Source: Planctomycetota bacterium
GTDB taxonomy: Bacteria; Planctomycetota; UBA1135; UBA2386
Reading direction: 5' to 3'
Length of the DNA: 64,000 nucleotides
NCBI GenBank assembly: GCA_965228735.1
Contig: OZ245838.1
Coordinates: 4,288,001 to 4,352,000, forward strand
The notes below the pieces were generated by a model that saw nothing but the letters and a program-made list of their open reading frames with translations, was not told where the DNA came from and did not search any database. The position numbers and the translations under genes were made by a program. Numbering within the stretch: position 1 is the stretch's first letter; the number at the start of each line of letters is the position of its first letter. This document shows positions 37,933 to 46,742 of the stretch, one piece after another.

Positions 37933-39357
37933 ATGACGATCCGCATCACGCAAGGCATGCTCTACTCGCGCGCGTTGGCCGACGTCCAACGCGGCCTGCG
38001 GCGCTACTCGCAACTGCAACAACAGGTGGCGACCGGGCGACGCATCAACCGCCCGTCGGACGACCCGGCCGCCGCGCTGCGGATCCTGCCGCTGCGCAAC
38101 GAACTCCGCGAGCTCGACCAGCTCAAGGACAACGTCAACCTCGCACGCGAAACGCTCGACACGGGCGCCGCCGCGATGGAGGACGCGTCCGGGCTCATGC
38201 AACGACTGCGCGAACTCACGACGCAGGCGAGCAACGGCACTCTGAGCGTCGAAGACCGCGAGAGCATCGCGGCCGAGGTCGACCAGATGCTCGGTCAGCT
38301 CGTGAGCATCGGCAACAGCCGGCGTGGGGACCGCTACCTCTTCGGCGGCACTGCGAGCAGCTCGGCGCCGTTCGAGCTTCAGAACACTGCAAGCGGCTCG
38401 CGAGTCGTCTACCACGGCAACCACGACACTCTCGACATCGAGGTCGCGCCCGGCGTGACGACGAGCCTCAACCTGCCGGGCGACGGGGTCTTCCTCAGCC
38501 GCAATCGTGGCAGCACGGTGTTCTCGGCCCTGCCCGGCCAATTCCCGACCGGCGCGGCCTCGGCCGGCGGCGGCGACACCGGCGTGGGCTACGGCGAACT
38601 GCAGGTCACCTACACCGGCCTGCACACGAACGCGCCATCGACGGTCAGCGCCGGCAACGGCACGACGAACGCCATCGGTGACCTGTCGTTCGCATTCACG
38701 TCGGCGCCCGACACGCTGAGCGTCGGCGGCGGCCCCGCCCTCAACCTCCCGATCACGGACGGCGATTTCACGACGGGCGACGGGCGCCGCATCTCGCTGA
38801 CCGTCACCGGCGTGCCCGCGACGACGAGCGGCACCTTCACGGCGAAGGCCGGCCTGTCGACGGATGGCGGTCAGACCGTCCAGGAGGTCACGTCGTTCGC
38901 CGACGTCGCGACCGTGCGGCACTCGGAGACCGGCGAAGTGCTCAACGTGGACGTAACGGCCCTCGCCCGGACGGGCGCGGATCAGGTCAAGTACGAGGGC
39001 ACGTTCGACGCGTTCACGACGCTGATCTCGCTGCGCGATCTGTTGCGCAACGACGACGGGCTCGATCCGGAGCTCGCGCGCAGCCGCATCGCGGAGATGC
39101 TCGCGGAGGTCGACGGGTCGCACAACAGCGTGCTCGACGGCCTGCGCGAGCTCGGCTTCCGCTCGTCGAGCATGGACAACCTGAGCAACCGCGTCGAAGG
39201 CCTGTCGATCTCCCGCCAGGAGTCGCTGTCGCGCGTGCAGGACACCGACATCGCCGAGGCGATCGTCGAACTGCAGGCCCAGGACCTCGCGTACCAGGCC
39301 GCGCTGCAGGTCACCTCCCGCGTGATCCAGACCAGCCTGTCGGGGTTGCTCCGATGA
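37933..39357 (+). CDS. flgL: Flagellar hook-associated protein 3
   Basis: IRITQGM, TGRRINRPSDDP.AA, RYLFGG, D.DIAEAI.EL.....YQAALQ...R..Q.SL. Confidence 0.95.
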   Translation: MTIRITQGMLYSRALADVQRGLRRYSQLQQQVATGRRINRPSDDPAAALRILPLRNELRELDQLKDNVNLARETLDTGAAAMEDASGLMQRLRELTTQASNGTLSVEDRESIAAEVDQMLGQLVSIGNSRRGDRYLFGGTASSSAPFELQNTASGSRVVYHGNHDTLDIEVAPGVTTSLNLPGDGVFLSRNRGSTVFSALPGQFPTGAASAGGGDTGVGYGELQVTYTGLHTNAPSTVSAGNGTTNAIGDLSFAFTSAPDTLSVGGGPALNLPITDGDFTTGDGRRISLTVTGVPATTSGTFTAKAGLSTDGGQTVQEVTSFADVATVRHSETGEVLNVDVTALARTGADQVKYEGTFDAFTTLISLRDLLRNDDGLDPELARSRIAEMLAEVDGSHNSVLDGLRELGFRSSSMDNLSNRVEGLSISRQESLSRVQDTDIAEAIVELQAQDLAYQAALQVTSRVIQTSLSGLLR

Positions 39358-39632
39358 GCATCGATCCGAATCAGACAAGCGCGCCGCGGATCGGCGCGAC
39401 CGGCGACCTCAACGCGCAGGCGGCCAATCCGGCCAACGCGACCGACTTCGCCGCGTTCCGCCGCCTGCTGGAGTCGTTCGAGCAGATCGCCGCGGCCCAT
39501 CGCGAATCCCCACCGGCAATCGTTGGCCCCGACGAGGTCAGCGACGCCCTCGCGCGCGCGGACGAGGAGTTCTCCCTCGCCATGGACCTGCGGCGGCGAC
39601 TCGAGGACGCGTTCCAGAAGCGGATGCCATGA
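39354..39632 (+). CDS. Small helical protein, weakly FliE-like
   Basis: ATGA-coupled to flgL; C-terminus DEVSDALARADEEFSLAMDLRRRLEDAFQ resembles the FliE C-terminal helices. Confidence 0.5.
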   Translation: MSIDPNQTSAPRIGATGDLNAQAANPANATDFAAFRRLLESFEQIAAAHRESPPAIVGPDEVSDALARADEEFSLAMDLRRRLEDAFQKRMP

Positions 39633-40531
39633 CGGCGGCGGCGACGCTCGGACCGGTGACGTGCCTCGGCCGCAGCGCGGTCCAGCGCTGGCTGCGGCAG
39701 CTCGACGAGTGGTTGCTCGAGGGCGCGCCGTACAGCGTGCACCACACCTGGCCCGCGCTGTATCGCAGCGACGGTCACGGCAAGTTCTTCACGTTGTTCG
39801 ACGGCGACGAACTCGTGAGTCACTGCGCAACCCGCGACGTCACGGTCCGGACCTCGACGGGCGAGGTCCGTATCACCCTGCTCGGCAGCGTCGCGACCGC
39901 GCCTGCGCATCGGGGCCGGGGGCTCGCTGGCCGCGTCCTCGAGAGCGCCCTCGCCGAGTCGCGCCAGACCGCCGGACACGTGGTGCTGTGGGCCGAGCGC
40001 CCCGAGCTGTACGCCCGCCACGGTTTCGTTCCCGGTCCCGAAGAGCACTGCCTCGTGCTCGCACGCCGACCGCATCAGCAGAACGCCGAGACCGCATTGC
40101 GGGTCCGGCCGGCCACCATCGCGGACCACCCGAGGATCCACGCGCTCCACGAGCAGAAGCCCGTCGGCGTCGTCCGTTCGCCGCACGAGACCTCGGGGCT
40201 CCTCACGACCCCCGGGATGACGACGATGGTCGGAGAACGGGCCGGCACGGTGACGAGCTACGCGTGCTGCGGCAAGGGCGCCGATCTCGAGAACCACTGG
40301 CACGAGGTCGGCGGCCCGGACGGGGACATCGCCGAGCTGCTGCACGGCGCCATGCACGCGTGCGACCAGATCGACACGGTGCTGCTGCTGCCGCCGTACC
40401 GCCCCGGTCTGCGCACCGCACTGGGCCCCACGATCGTGGGCGAATTCGGAATTTCAGGGCCGATGTCGTGCAGCCACGATCCCGGCGCCGAGCTGCCGGA
40501 CTGCTGGATCGACGGCCTCGATTCCGTCTAG
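39629..40531 (+). CDS. GNAT family N-acetyltransferase (Eis-like, two GNAT-like halves)
   Basis: LGSVATAPAHRGRGLA acetyl-CoA motif, LYARHGF. Confidence 0.85.
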   Translation: MTAAATLGPVTCLGRSAVQRWLRQLDEWLLEGAPYSVHHTWPALYRSDGHGKFFTLFDGDELVSHCATRDVTVRTSTGEVRITLLGSVATAPAHRGRGLAGRVLESALAESRQTAGHVVLWAERPELYARHGFVPGPEEHCLVLARRPHQQNAETALRVRPATIADHPRIHALHEQKPVGVVRSPHETSGLLTTPGMTTMVGERAGTVTSYACCGKGADLENHWHEVGGPDGDIAELLHGAMHACDQIDTVLLLPPYRPGLRTALGPTIVGEFGISGPMSCSHDPGAELPDCWIDGLDSV

Positions 40532-40663
40532 GGCCAGAGCTATAGTCCTCGCCCCTCGAACGCGACGGCCACGGCCGGTATCGCGTTCCGAACCCGCGCC
40601 GATCGCCCACCGCACTCCCGCGGTGAGCCCCCGGCGCTCGCACTGCCACGCCCCCAATACGCC

Positions 40664-41416
40664 ATGGACATCGTAGTCTGCATCAAGCGGGTCCCTGCCT
40701 CGGACACGGCGATCAAGGTCGCCGCCGACGGTAAGTCGATCGACACTTCCGGAGTCAAGTACGAGCTCAACCCGTACGACGAGTTCGCCATCGAGCAGGG
40801 GCTCCGGATCAAGGAGCAGCTCGGCACCGGCACCGTGACCGTGGTCACGATCGGCAGCAAGGACGCGCAGAAGGAGCTGCGGGACGCGCTCGCGCGCGGC
40901 GCCGACAAGGCGGTGCTGCTGACGACGGATCAGTGGATGTTCGACGGCGCGAGCACCGCCGCCGCGCTCGCCGCGTGGATCAAGACGCAGTCGTGCGACC
41001 TCGTGCTCTGCGGTCGCCAGGCGATCGACTCGGACAACAACCAGCTCGCCCCCAACCTGGCGACCCGGCTCGGCTTCGCGTGCGTGACCGAGGTGAACAA
41101 GCTCGAGCTCGCCGACGGCGCGTTCACCGCCGAGCGCGACATCGAAGGCGCGCGCGAGGTCGTGACCTGCAAGACACCCGCGGTGCTCAGCTGCCAGAAG
41201 GGCCTCAACGAGCCGCGCTACCCCAACCTCAAGGGCATCATGGCGGCGAAGAAGAAGCCGCTCGAGGAAGCCGCGGCGGAGCTGCCGGATGCGGCACTCG
41301 AGGTCACCGCGATCGCGCTGCCGCCGGCGCGCAGCGGCGGCAAGATCGTCGGCGAGGGCGCGGATGCCGTGCCGGCGCTGATCGATGCACTGCAGAACGA
41401 GGCCAAGGTCCTCTAG
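40664..41416 (+). CDS. etfB: Electron transfer flavoprotein beta subunit
   Basis: VCIKRVP, NPYDEFAIE, ALARGAD, GRQAIDSD, NEPRYPNLKGIMAAKKK. Confidence 0.96.
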   Translation: MDIVVCIKRVPASDTAIKVAADGKSIDTSGVKYELNPYDEFAIEQGLRIKEQLGTGTVTVVTIGSKDAQKELRDALARGADKAVLLTTDQWMFDGASTAAALAAWIKTQSCDLVLCGRQAIDSDNNQLAPNLATRLGFACVTEVNKLELADGAFTAERDIEGAREVVTCKTPAVLSCQKGLNEPRYPNLKGIMAAKKKPLEEAAAELPDAALEVTAIALPPARSGGKIVGEGADAVPALIDALQNEAKVL

Positions 41417-41434
41417 AGCGCAGGAACTACGAAC

Positions 41435-42418
41435 ATGAGCAACATTCTGGTCATTGCGGAGGTGCGCGACGGCGCGCTGAAGCGTTCTTCGCTCGAAGCC
41501 GTCACCGCCGCGATCGAGCTCGCGGGTCAGACCGGGGGCAAGGCGATCGCGATCGCCTGCGGTTCGAACCTCGACGCGGCAGTCTCGGAACTGCAGAACT
41601 CGGGCGTCGCCCAGGTCGTCGCGATCGACGGCAGCAGTTTCGCGCAGTACTCGGGTGACGCCTACGCCAAGGCGATCGCCGAACAGGCCCAGGGGCTGTC
41701 CGCGACGGGCGTGCTGATGACGCACACGGCGATGGGCAAGGACCTGCTGCCCCGCGTCGCGGCCGCACTCGACGCGACCGTCGCCACGGATGCGATCAAG
41801 GTCACGTTCGAAGGCTCGGCGTTCTCGGTGCAGCGGCCCGTCTTCGCCGGCAAGGCGACGATGAGCGCAAAGGCCAAGAAGCCGACGTTCTGCGCGACGA
41901 TCCGACCCAACAACTACGCTGCCGCGGGCGGCGGCAGCGGCGCGGAAGTCACCAAGGTCGATGCACCGGCCGGCGATCTGCTGAGTGTCGTGAAGGAGGT
42001 CGTGGCGTCGAGCTCCGACCGCACCCCGCTGCAGGAAGCGAAGGTCATCATCTCGGGCGGCCGCGGCCTCAAGGAAGCCGAGCACTTCAAGCTCGTCGAA
42101 GACCTCGCGGCCGCGTTCGGCCCAGGGGTCGCGGCGGTCGGCGCCTCGCGCGCCGTCGTCGACGCGGGCTGGCGCCCGCACCGCGAACAGGTCGGCCAGA
42201 CCGGCAAGGTCGTGAGCCCGCCGCTCTACATCGCGATCGGCATCAGCGGCGCGATCCAGCACCTCGCGGGCATGCGCACCGCGGGCACGATCGTCGCAAT
42301 CAACAAGGACCCGGACGCGCCGATCTTCAAGGTCGCCGACTACGGCATCGTCGGCGATGCGTTCGAGATCGTGCCGGCGCTGACCTCGGCGATCGCCGAG
42401 GTCGTGGCGAGCAAGTAG
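41435..42418 (+). CDS. etfA: Electron transfer flavoprotein alpha subunit
   Basis: [62 protein letters not shown]. Confidence 0.96.
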   Translation: MSNILVIAEVRDGALKRSSLEAVTAAIELAGQTGGKAIAIACGSNLDAAVSELQNSGVAQVVAIDGSSFAQYSGDAYAKAIAEQAQGLSATGVLMTHTAMGKDLLPRVAAALDATVATDAIKVTFEGSAFSVQRPVFAGKATMSAKAKKPTFCATIRPNNYAAAGGGSGAEVTKVDAPAGDLLSVVKEVVASSSDRTPLQEAKVIISGGRGLKEAEHFKLVEDLAAAFGPGVAAVGASRAVVDAGWRPHREQVGQTGKVVSPPLYIAIGISGAIQHLAGMRTAGTIVAINKDPDAPIFKVADYGIVGDAFEIVPALTSAIAEVVASK

Positions 42419-42422
42419 CGAT

Positions 42423-42443
42423 CCGGCGGCGGAGCGCCGCCGG
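42423..42443. terminator. GC hairpin between convergent genes (possible terminator)
   Basis: CCGGCGGCG-GAG-CGCCGCCGG, perfect 9-bp stem; no U-tract. Confidence 0.35.
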
Positions 42444-42468
42444 CTGCCTCCCGGCCGGCAGAGCGCCG

Positions 42469-43269
42469 CTACTCCTCGTCTTCTTCGTTCGCCGAAGCGA
42501 GGACCGTGCCGGTTGCGGCCTTCATCGGCACGCTGCGCTCGACCGGCGTCCCCGGCGTCGGCTGGGCGGGCGCTCCCTGGCGCGCGACGAGCAGCGCTTC
42601 CTGCGCCGCTTCGTAGGTGCGGAGGCGGCGGCGGTAGTCGTCGCTGTTGCCGCCGGCCGCGATAGCCCGCTTCTGCAGGTCGACCGCGCGGTCGACCTGA
42701 CCGTTGAGGAAGCGCGCGAGCGCGATCGTGTCGATGTAGTGGTGCCGCAGCTTGCGCGACTTCTCCATCTGGTCGGCGAGCGCCAGCGCGACGCGATCGA
42801 ACTTGCCGACCGTGTCCTTGTCCGTCATCAGATCCCACGCGAGGGAGTTGAGACGACCGACGTCCTTGCCGGCGGCCGCGACGATCGTGTTGAGCGACTT
42901 CTCGGCGCGCTTCTCGTGGCCATTGTGATCGAGCCACTGATAGTGCGACATCAGCGCGCGGTTGCGCGACGGCGCGCAGCTCCGGTGCTGCTGCTTGGCG
43001 AACTGCGCATCCATCGTGTCCAGGATCTCACCGAGCTGCCGGCGCATGTCGGCGAGCTCGCGCTTGGCCTCGGCGAGCTCGCGCCGGACCTTCTTGAGCT
43101 CCTTCTGCTGGTGCCGCGTCAGCGACTGGTCCGGCTGCGGCTCCTGCACGTGGCCCGCGAGCTGGACCTCGGTGACGACGCCAGCCGCACGTTCCGGGGT
43201 CGACTCGGTGAGCAGGCACAGCGGGGTCGAGACGAGGACGGCACCGAGACAAAAGCCTTTGATCAGCAT
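42469..43269 (-). CDS. Exported hypothetical protein with coiled coil and TPR-like helices
   Basis: Hydrophobic N-terminus; coiled coil ELKKVRRELAEAKRELADMRRQL; LNSLAW and IDTIALARF..G..DRAV.LQKRAI TPR-like motif. Confidence 0.7.
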   Translation of the reverse strand: MLIKGFCLGAVLVSTPLCLLTESTPERAAGVVTEVQLAGHVQEPQPDQSLTRHQQKELKKVRRELAEAKRELADMRRQLGEILDTMDAQFAKQQHRSCAPSRNRALMSHYQWLDHNGHEKRAEKSLNTIVAAAGKDVGRLNSLAWDLMTDKDTVGKFDRVALALADQMEKSRKLRHHYIDTIALARFLNGQVDRAVDLQKRAIAAGGNSDDYRRRLRTYEAAQEALLVARQGAPAQPTPGTPVERSVPMKAATGTVLASANEEDEE

Positions 43270-43544
43270 GAGAACTCTCCGGGGAGCGGGGTCAGACAGG
43301 GAAACAGGCGCCGCGCACCGGCCCGGGCGCGCAGCATGGCCGATACGCATTCTCCCCCGCTCCGGAGAGATTTGCAGAACGACGGCGCACGGTTCGGGTC
43401 GGGCGATTTGCCCCAGTCGTGCGGAAGCACCAGCACTCGTGCCTTCCACTCACTGAGAGGCCCACCCGTGGTCCCGTCGCGACTCGCGGCGGCCCTGGAC
43501 CGGCGCAGAAAAACCGACGCTCGCGAGGAACGGTTCGTTTGCGG

Positions 43545-44855
43545 CTAGCCGAATTCCTCGCGCGCGCCCGCCTGGCTCCCGGCGGCGAGCTCGGCAGCGG
43601 TCCTCTCCTGCTGCTGCCACTGCCCGTAGAGCGCGCCGGCGCTCGACATCTGCACGAGCCGCCGGCGCACGTTCGGCGTCAACGCCCCGGCGGCCGCCCG
43701 TCGGAACGGCGTCCCCGGCAGCGGCATGAACGTGTGCCCGTGCACCTTCGCGCCGAGCCGAACGAGCCGGTCCATGAGCCCGAACGTCGCCTCGACGTCC
43801 GTCGACTCCTCGCCCGGCAGCCCGAACAGGAAGTCGACGTGCGGCACGAAGCCGTGCTCGACGCAGAGCGCCGTCGCCCGCTCGATCGTCGCGACGTCGT
43901 GACCGCGCCGGCTCTTCTGCAACACGCGGTCGCTGCCCGACTGCCCGCCGAGGATCAGGGTGCGATTGCTCGCGTAACGCCGGATGAGCCGCAGCGCTGC
44001 CGCGGTGACGTGCTCGGGCCGGACCTCGCTCGGGAACGTGCCGAACCACAGCTTGCGCCCGGGCCCGATGTCCTCGCGAACGCCGGCGAGCAACGCCTCG
44101 ACGGCCGCGAGGTCCGGCTCGGGCCCGGTCGCGCCGTAGCTCAACGAGGTCGGCGTGAGGAAGCGCAGATCCCGGAAACCGCGCGGCACGAGATAGCGCA
44201 CCCACTCGCGCACGTTCGCGACGGAGCGATGCCGGAACATCGCGCCCGCAAAGAACGGCGTCTGGCAGAAGCGGCACGCGTAGACGCACCCGCGCGTGAT
44301 CTCGATGGGGCCATAGCGCCGGTGCTCGGGGCCGAACGGCGGGAACGCGTCGAGCTCGATGCGGTCCGCGCGACCCTGCCGCTGCAGCTCGCCCGATTCG
44401 TCGAGCCAGCCGATCCCGCGGATGTGCCGCAGGTCATCGCCGTGAACGAACGCGACCACGAGCTCGCGAATCAGCGCCTCCCCTTCCCCGGCTGCCACGA
44501 GGTCGAAGCCCGCCTGCAGCGTCGCCACCGGTTCGGCCGTCGCGTGCACGCCGCCCGCGACGTGCGTGACCCGGCGCGCGAATCCGGTCGTTCGCGCCTT
44601 CACCGCCGCGAGTTCGGAACTGAGCTGCGCGAAGTCCGGCGAGTAGAACGACCAGCCGACGAGCACGCGGCGCCCGCTGCCCACGACCTCTTCGATCGCC
44701 GCGACGACCGCGTCGACGCCGTTGCCGAACCGGATCTCGACGTCGCGGGTCCGCGGATCGGACTCGAGCGCGCCGGTCAGGACATGGAACGCGAACTTGC
44801 CGGTCCGGCGATACGCCCAGACGACGGCCGCCGGCAGGGAGTCCGGCCGCCCCAC
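43545..44855 (-). CDS. B12-binding domain/radical SAM protein (resembles TIGR04013/MJ1487 family)
   Basis: AGGVHAT...GEGE cobalamin-binding domain; IEITRGCVYACRFCQTP; FPSEVRPE; GGQSGSD; HGHTFMPLPGTP. Confidence 0.88.
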   Translation of the reverse strand: MGRPDSLPAAVVWAYRRTGKFAFHVLTGALESDPRTRDVEIRFGNGVDAVVAAIEEVVGSGRRVLVGWSFYSPDFAQLSSELAAVKARTTGFARRVTHVAGGVHATAEPVATLQAGFDLVAAGEGEALIRELVVAFVHGDDLRHIRGIGWLDESGELQRQGRADRIELDAFPPFGPEHRRYGPIEITRGCVYACRFCQTPFFAGAMFRHRSVANVREWVRYLVPRGFRDLRFLTPTSLSYGATGPEPDLAAVEALLAGVREDIGPGRKLWFGTFPSEVRPEHVTAAALRLIRRYASNRTLILGGQSGSDRVLQKSRRGHDVATIERATALCVEHGFVPHVDFLFGLPGEESTDVEATFGLMDRLVRLGAKVHGHTFMPLPGTPFRRAAAGALTPNVRRRLVQMSSAGALYGQWQQQERTAAELAAGSQAGAREEFG

Positions 44856-44856
44856 G

Positions 44857-45600
44857 TCACGCTCCGCGCGACTCGACGCGCACCCGCACGGTCGCCGCGC
44901 GATCGACCCAGGGACCGCCGGGCGCGACGTCGCCTTCGCGCGACGGACAGATCTCGAACAGCGGGCAGTTCTCGCAGTCCGGCTCGCGGGCGAGGCACAG
45001 GTAGCGGCCGAACAGCAGCAGGCGGTGGCCGCCGTCGATCCACTGGTCCTGCTCGAGCAGCGCGCACAGATCCTTCTCGACCTTGTCGGGCTTGGTCTCG
45101 GTAGTGAGTCCGAGCCGTTGCGCCACGCGCATCACGTGCGTGTCGACGACGATGCCCGACGCGATGCCGAACGCGACGCCGAGCACCACGTTCGCCGTCT
45201 TGCGCGCGACGCCCGGCAGCTGCAGCAGCGCCGTCATGTCGCGCGGCACCTCGCCACCGTACTCCTCGTGGAGCGCGAGGCTCGCGCCCTGGATCGCCTT
45301 CGCCTTGTTGCGGTAGAAGCCCGTCCGATGCACGACGGCTTCGACGTCCTCGCGCGGCGCCGCCGCCAGCGCTTCGGGCGTCGGAAACTTGTCGAACAGC
45401 ACCGGCGTCACCGTGTTGACCGTCCGATCCGTGCTCTGCGCGCTGAGGATCGTCGCGATCAGCAGCGTCCACGCGTCCGTGTGGTCGAGCTCGCACTGCG
45501 GCTTCGGGATCGCCGCCGACAGGCGACGCATCAACTCACCGATCTCGGCGGGTTCGCCGGTCGGCAACTTGGGAGCTGGTTTCTTCCGGCGGGCGGCCAC
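44857..45600 (-). CDS. nth: Endonuclease III
   Basis: LLIATILSAQSTD..VN, GFYRNKAK, LPGVARKTANVVL, VDTHV.R, C.AR.P.C..CPL..IC Fe-S motif. Confidence 0.95.
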   Translation of the reverse strand: MAARRKKPAPKLPTGEPAEIGELMRRLSAAIPKPQCELDHTDAWTLLIATILSAQSTDRTVNTVTPVLFDKFPTPEALAAAPREDVEAVVHRTGFYRNKAKAIQGASLALHEEYGGEVPRDMTALLQLPGVARKTANVVLGVAFGIASGIVVDTHVMRVAQRLGLTTETKPDKVEKDLCALLEQDQWIDGGHRLLLFGRYLCLAREPDCENCPLFEICPSREGDVAPGGPWVDRAATVRVRVESRGA

Positions 45601-45635
45601 GGGTCGGCAAGAAGCTACAGCCTGCGCTCCAGGCC

Positions 45636-46352
45636 TCAACCGCGCGCCCCGAACACCGCGGTGCCGACCCGCACGAGCGTCGAGCCGGCCGCGATCGCGG
45701 CCTCGAGGTCACCCGACATGCCGAGGCTGAGCACGGGAAGTGCCGCGCCGGAGCGGGACCGCAGCTCGTCCCGCAGCCGCGCCACCCGCTCGAACACCGG
45801 GGCGGGGTCGCCGTCGAGCGGCCCCATCGCCATGAGGCCGGTCACGGCGATGCGCGGACAGTCGCGGTGGACGTGCTCGAGAAGAGCCGCCGCGTCCTCG
45901 GGTCGACAGCCGTGCTTCTGCGCCTCGCCGGTCGCGTTGATCTGCAGCAACGCGTCGAGGCTCGGCAAGGCCCCCGGATCGGCTGCGGCACGCCGGTCGA
46001 GCTCCTTGTGCAGCGCATCGGCGAGCCCCGCCCGGTCGAGGCTGTGCAGCAGGGCGAGCCCGGGAACGGCGAGCAACTGCCGCACCTTGTTGGTCTGCAC
46101 CGAACCGATCATGTGCCACCGCAACCCGGCCGCAGCCGCGAGGTCCGGCGCCTTGCCCATGAGTTCCTGCACGCGGTTCTCGCCGAAGTCACGCTGGCCG
46201 GCCGCGAGCGCGTCGCGAATCCGCGCGACGGGGTGCCGCTTGCTCACCGCGACGAGTTCGACCGAGTCGGGCGCACGGCCCGCGCGTTCACACGCCGCCG
46301 CGATCCGCCGCCGCACGGCAGCCAGCCCTTCCGCGACCTCGGACCCGCTCAT
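45636..46352 (-). CDS. yggS: PLP homeostasis protein, YggS family
   Basis: LVAVSK, FGENRVQE, WHMIG.VQTNK, GLMAM, LSLGMSGD.E.AI..GST.VRVGT.VFG. Confidence 0.95.
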   Translation of the reverse strand: MSGSEVAEGLAAVRRRIAAACERAGRAPDSVELVAVSKRHPVARIRDALAAGQRDFGENRVQELMGKAPDLAAAAGLRWHMIGSVQTNKVRQLLAVPGLALLHSLDRAGLADALHKELDRRAAADPGALPSLDALLQINATGEAQKHGCRPEDAAALLEHVHRDCPRIAVTGLMAMGPLDGDPAPVFERVARLRDELRSRSGAALPVLSLGMSGDLEAAIAAGSTLVRVGTAVFGARG

Positions 46353-46356
46353 CGCC

Positions 46357-46737
46357 TCAGTACCCGTAGCCGTCGACCGAGTCCCAGTGCGCCGTCAGCG
46401 TGCCCGGGAACAGGACCTTGCCGCGCCGCAGGAGCGCTTCGCGGTCATCGACGACGAAGCCGCTGAGCAACGCGTCCCAGGCCTCGTAGTGATCCGTGAA
46501 CCCGACCCACTCCTGCAGCGCGTGACCGACGCGCGCGTCGCCGCTGTGCCGATCGCCGAGGTGGCGCGCGAGTCGCCGCATGAACGTCGCCGTCTCGTTC
46601 TGGAACGTCCCGGGGGTGACCTCGTCGTCGCGAAAGCCGAACTCTTCGATCAGCTCGTCGCGATACTCCGCCGCGATCTGCCGCATCGACGCCCCGAGCA
46701 GGACGTCGGCGGCCGCATTCTCGACGTTCTTGGCCAT
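46357..46737 (-). CDS. Hypothetical protein
   Basis: 126-aa ORF filling the gap between purH and yggS on the same strand. Confidence 0.65.
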   Translation of the reverse strand: MAKNVENAAADVLLGASMRQIAAEYRDELIEEFGFRDDEVTPGTFQNETATFMRRLARHLGDRHSGDARVGHALQEWVGFTDHYEAWDALLSGFVVDDREALLRRGKVLFPGTLTAHWDSVDGYGY

Positions 46738-46742
46738 CGATC

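Noticed and set aside
43339..43346. GCCGATAC as a sigma28 -10 box
   Set aside because: It is on the strand opposite the adjacent genes and has no matching -35 element at 15-bp spacing.
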